Below are positions 62,534-64,000 of a stretch of DNA of 64,000 nt, piece after piece (the stretch's first letter is position 1; each line of letters begins with the position of its first letter). The position numbers and the translations under genes were made by a program. The notes under the pieces are model-generated. The model worked only from the letters and a program-made list of their open reading frames with translations. It had not been told where the DNA came from and made no database searches. Origin of the DNA: Salpingoeca rosetta. Taxonomy: Eukaryota; Protista; Choanoflagellata. The stretch covers positions 588,746 to 652,745 of the forward strand of contig JAWQFM010000022.1 of the NCBI GenBank assembly GCA_033442325.1, given 5' to 3'.

Positions 62534-63313
62534 CGTGTGTTTGTGAGTAATGGGTACGCATGTGCATACGTACATGTTGCTTGTGTGCATGCCTGTGTGA
62601 ACCTCTTTCATGTGGATGCGTGCTGCTCACTGTCCAATCGTCACCACCGCTGCGTTTCCATCTCCACGTGCAGGGTGATCTCAAGAAGCAGTACACGGGG
62701 CCACACATCTTCGGCGGCCAGTCAATGACCGCAGACGGTGCGTGCACTGTTTACTGTGTGCATGCGTGTGCGTGCGTGTGCTTGTGTGTGCATGTGTGTG
62801 TGCATGCGTGTGTGCTTGTGTGCTTGTGTGCTTGTGTGCTTGTGTGCTTGTGTGCTTGTGTGCTTGTGTGTGTATGTGGTATGAGTCGTAGCAGCAGCAT
62901 GGCTCACTCTCCTGCAATGACATGTGCGCAGGTGTCGAGTGGGCACTGGCGCAGGTCGGCGCCGTCGAGTCCGACATTGAGGTGCGTTCACATGCACGTG
63001 CATATGTGCGCGCGTGAATGTGCGTCATTGTGAGTAAGGCTGTGAGTGTACGTGGTTGTGCGTATGTGTTTTTTTCTTTCCCATGGTGGTGGTCGGACCC
63101 GCCCCGCTTCGTAGTACTGTCGAATGTACTGATGAACACACCTCTCCTCGTGTTGTTTTTGGTTTGTTCCGTCTTGTTCTTGTGTGCACATTACAGGATC
63201 CCCGCGACACGCTCATGGCGCGGACGCTCAAGGACCTGCGTGTCACCCGGGTGCGTCAGGTGTTGCGTGTAGTGCTGTGTGTGAGGTGCTGTGCGATTGC
63301 GCGACATAACGCA

Positions 63314-63346
<33 letters not shown>

Positions 63347-63493
63347 CTGGTTGTCGCATCTCCCTTCAATGCAAACACACACACATGCACACAAAGTTAC
63401 CCAACTAACACCTCCACCTCTCAATTCACTTGCTTCACGCAGACGCGCGTTGCCGGTGACTCGGAGTCTGATGACGACAGCGACAGCGACTGA
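60928..63493 (+). CDS. PDCL3: Phosducin-like protein 3 (PhLP2/Viaf1)
   Basis: Exons 60928-61032, 61183-61378, 61714-61786, 62024-62075, 62359-62451, 62674-62737, 62932-62981, 63197-63250 and 63443-63493. Motifs [36 protein letters not shown] and [16 protein letters not shown]. Confidence 0.95.
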
Positions 63494-63799
63494 ACCCATG
63501 AAGCCATCCCAAGTCTCTTTCTCTGACACACACACACACACGTACACGTACACACACACACACACACGTACACGCACACACACACACACTACATACACAC
63601 ACACACACACACACTACATACACACAAACAGACCACCTCCTAGCCAGCCCTGTTGGTGTGTACTGACTTGCTTTTGTCGTGCACTGCCTTGCTCTTTTGT
63701 TTCCGCTTTGCACTTGCGTTGACTTTTCTTTGTCGTGGTTGTTGTACTAGCTCAAGGCAACAGCATCGCTTTGCACGGCAGCACACAAATACACTTCTT

Positions 63800-63912
<113 letters not shown>

Positions 63913-64000
63913 CACATCTCGAACTCAAGCCAACACAGAACGGTGCCACAGCATAGGCAATCTGGACGGAAAACACAAAAAGCAAACCACAAAAGAGGAG

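Overview
This is a gene-dense eukaryotic window with intron-rich genes, not prokaryotic DNA. The genome style points to a choanoflagellate such as Salpingoeca rosetta (inference): GC-rich exons, short introns packed with GT/CA microsatellites, a receptor-SH2 protein and an LRR receptor kinase. I spliced 21 protein-coding genes by hand from GT-AG boundaries: RBM22 (5' end outside the window), RPL14, a FAD2-type desaturase, a C-type-lectin/mucin/TM/YDxP/SH2 receptor, a MIT-domain protein, METTL1, an RBM7-like RRM protein, a myristoylated stand-alone IQGAP C-terminal-domain protein, RPL15, KRTCAP2, ADPGK, TMA7 (3' exons missing), sideroflexin, EAF, an OB/Zn-finger plus disordered plus chromodomain protein, an LRR-TM-TKL kinase, biotin protein ligase, an intronless 7-blade repeat membrane protein, METTL22, PRKRIP1 and PDCL3. 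There are six N-gaps. I recognised no rRNA, tRNA, CRISPR array or transposase. Most short ORFs in the supplied track are microsatellite artefacts. The main leads are: (1) polarised (GT)n-to-(CA)n complementary repeats in introns, often replacing the polypyrimidine tract; (2) a kinase-less lectin receptor carrying its own SH2 domain and YDxP array; (3) the free IQGAP C-terminal module; (4) the OB-chromodomain protein; (5) an intron splitting the RPL14 start codon; and (6) a biotin ligase with a likely dual start. All homology calls are from recognised motifs, not database searches.
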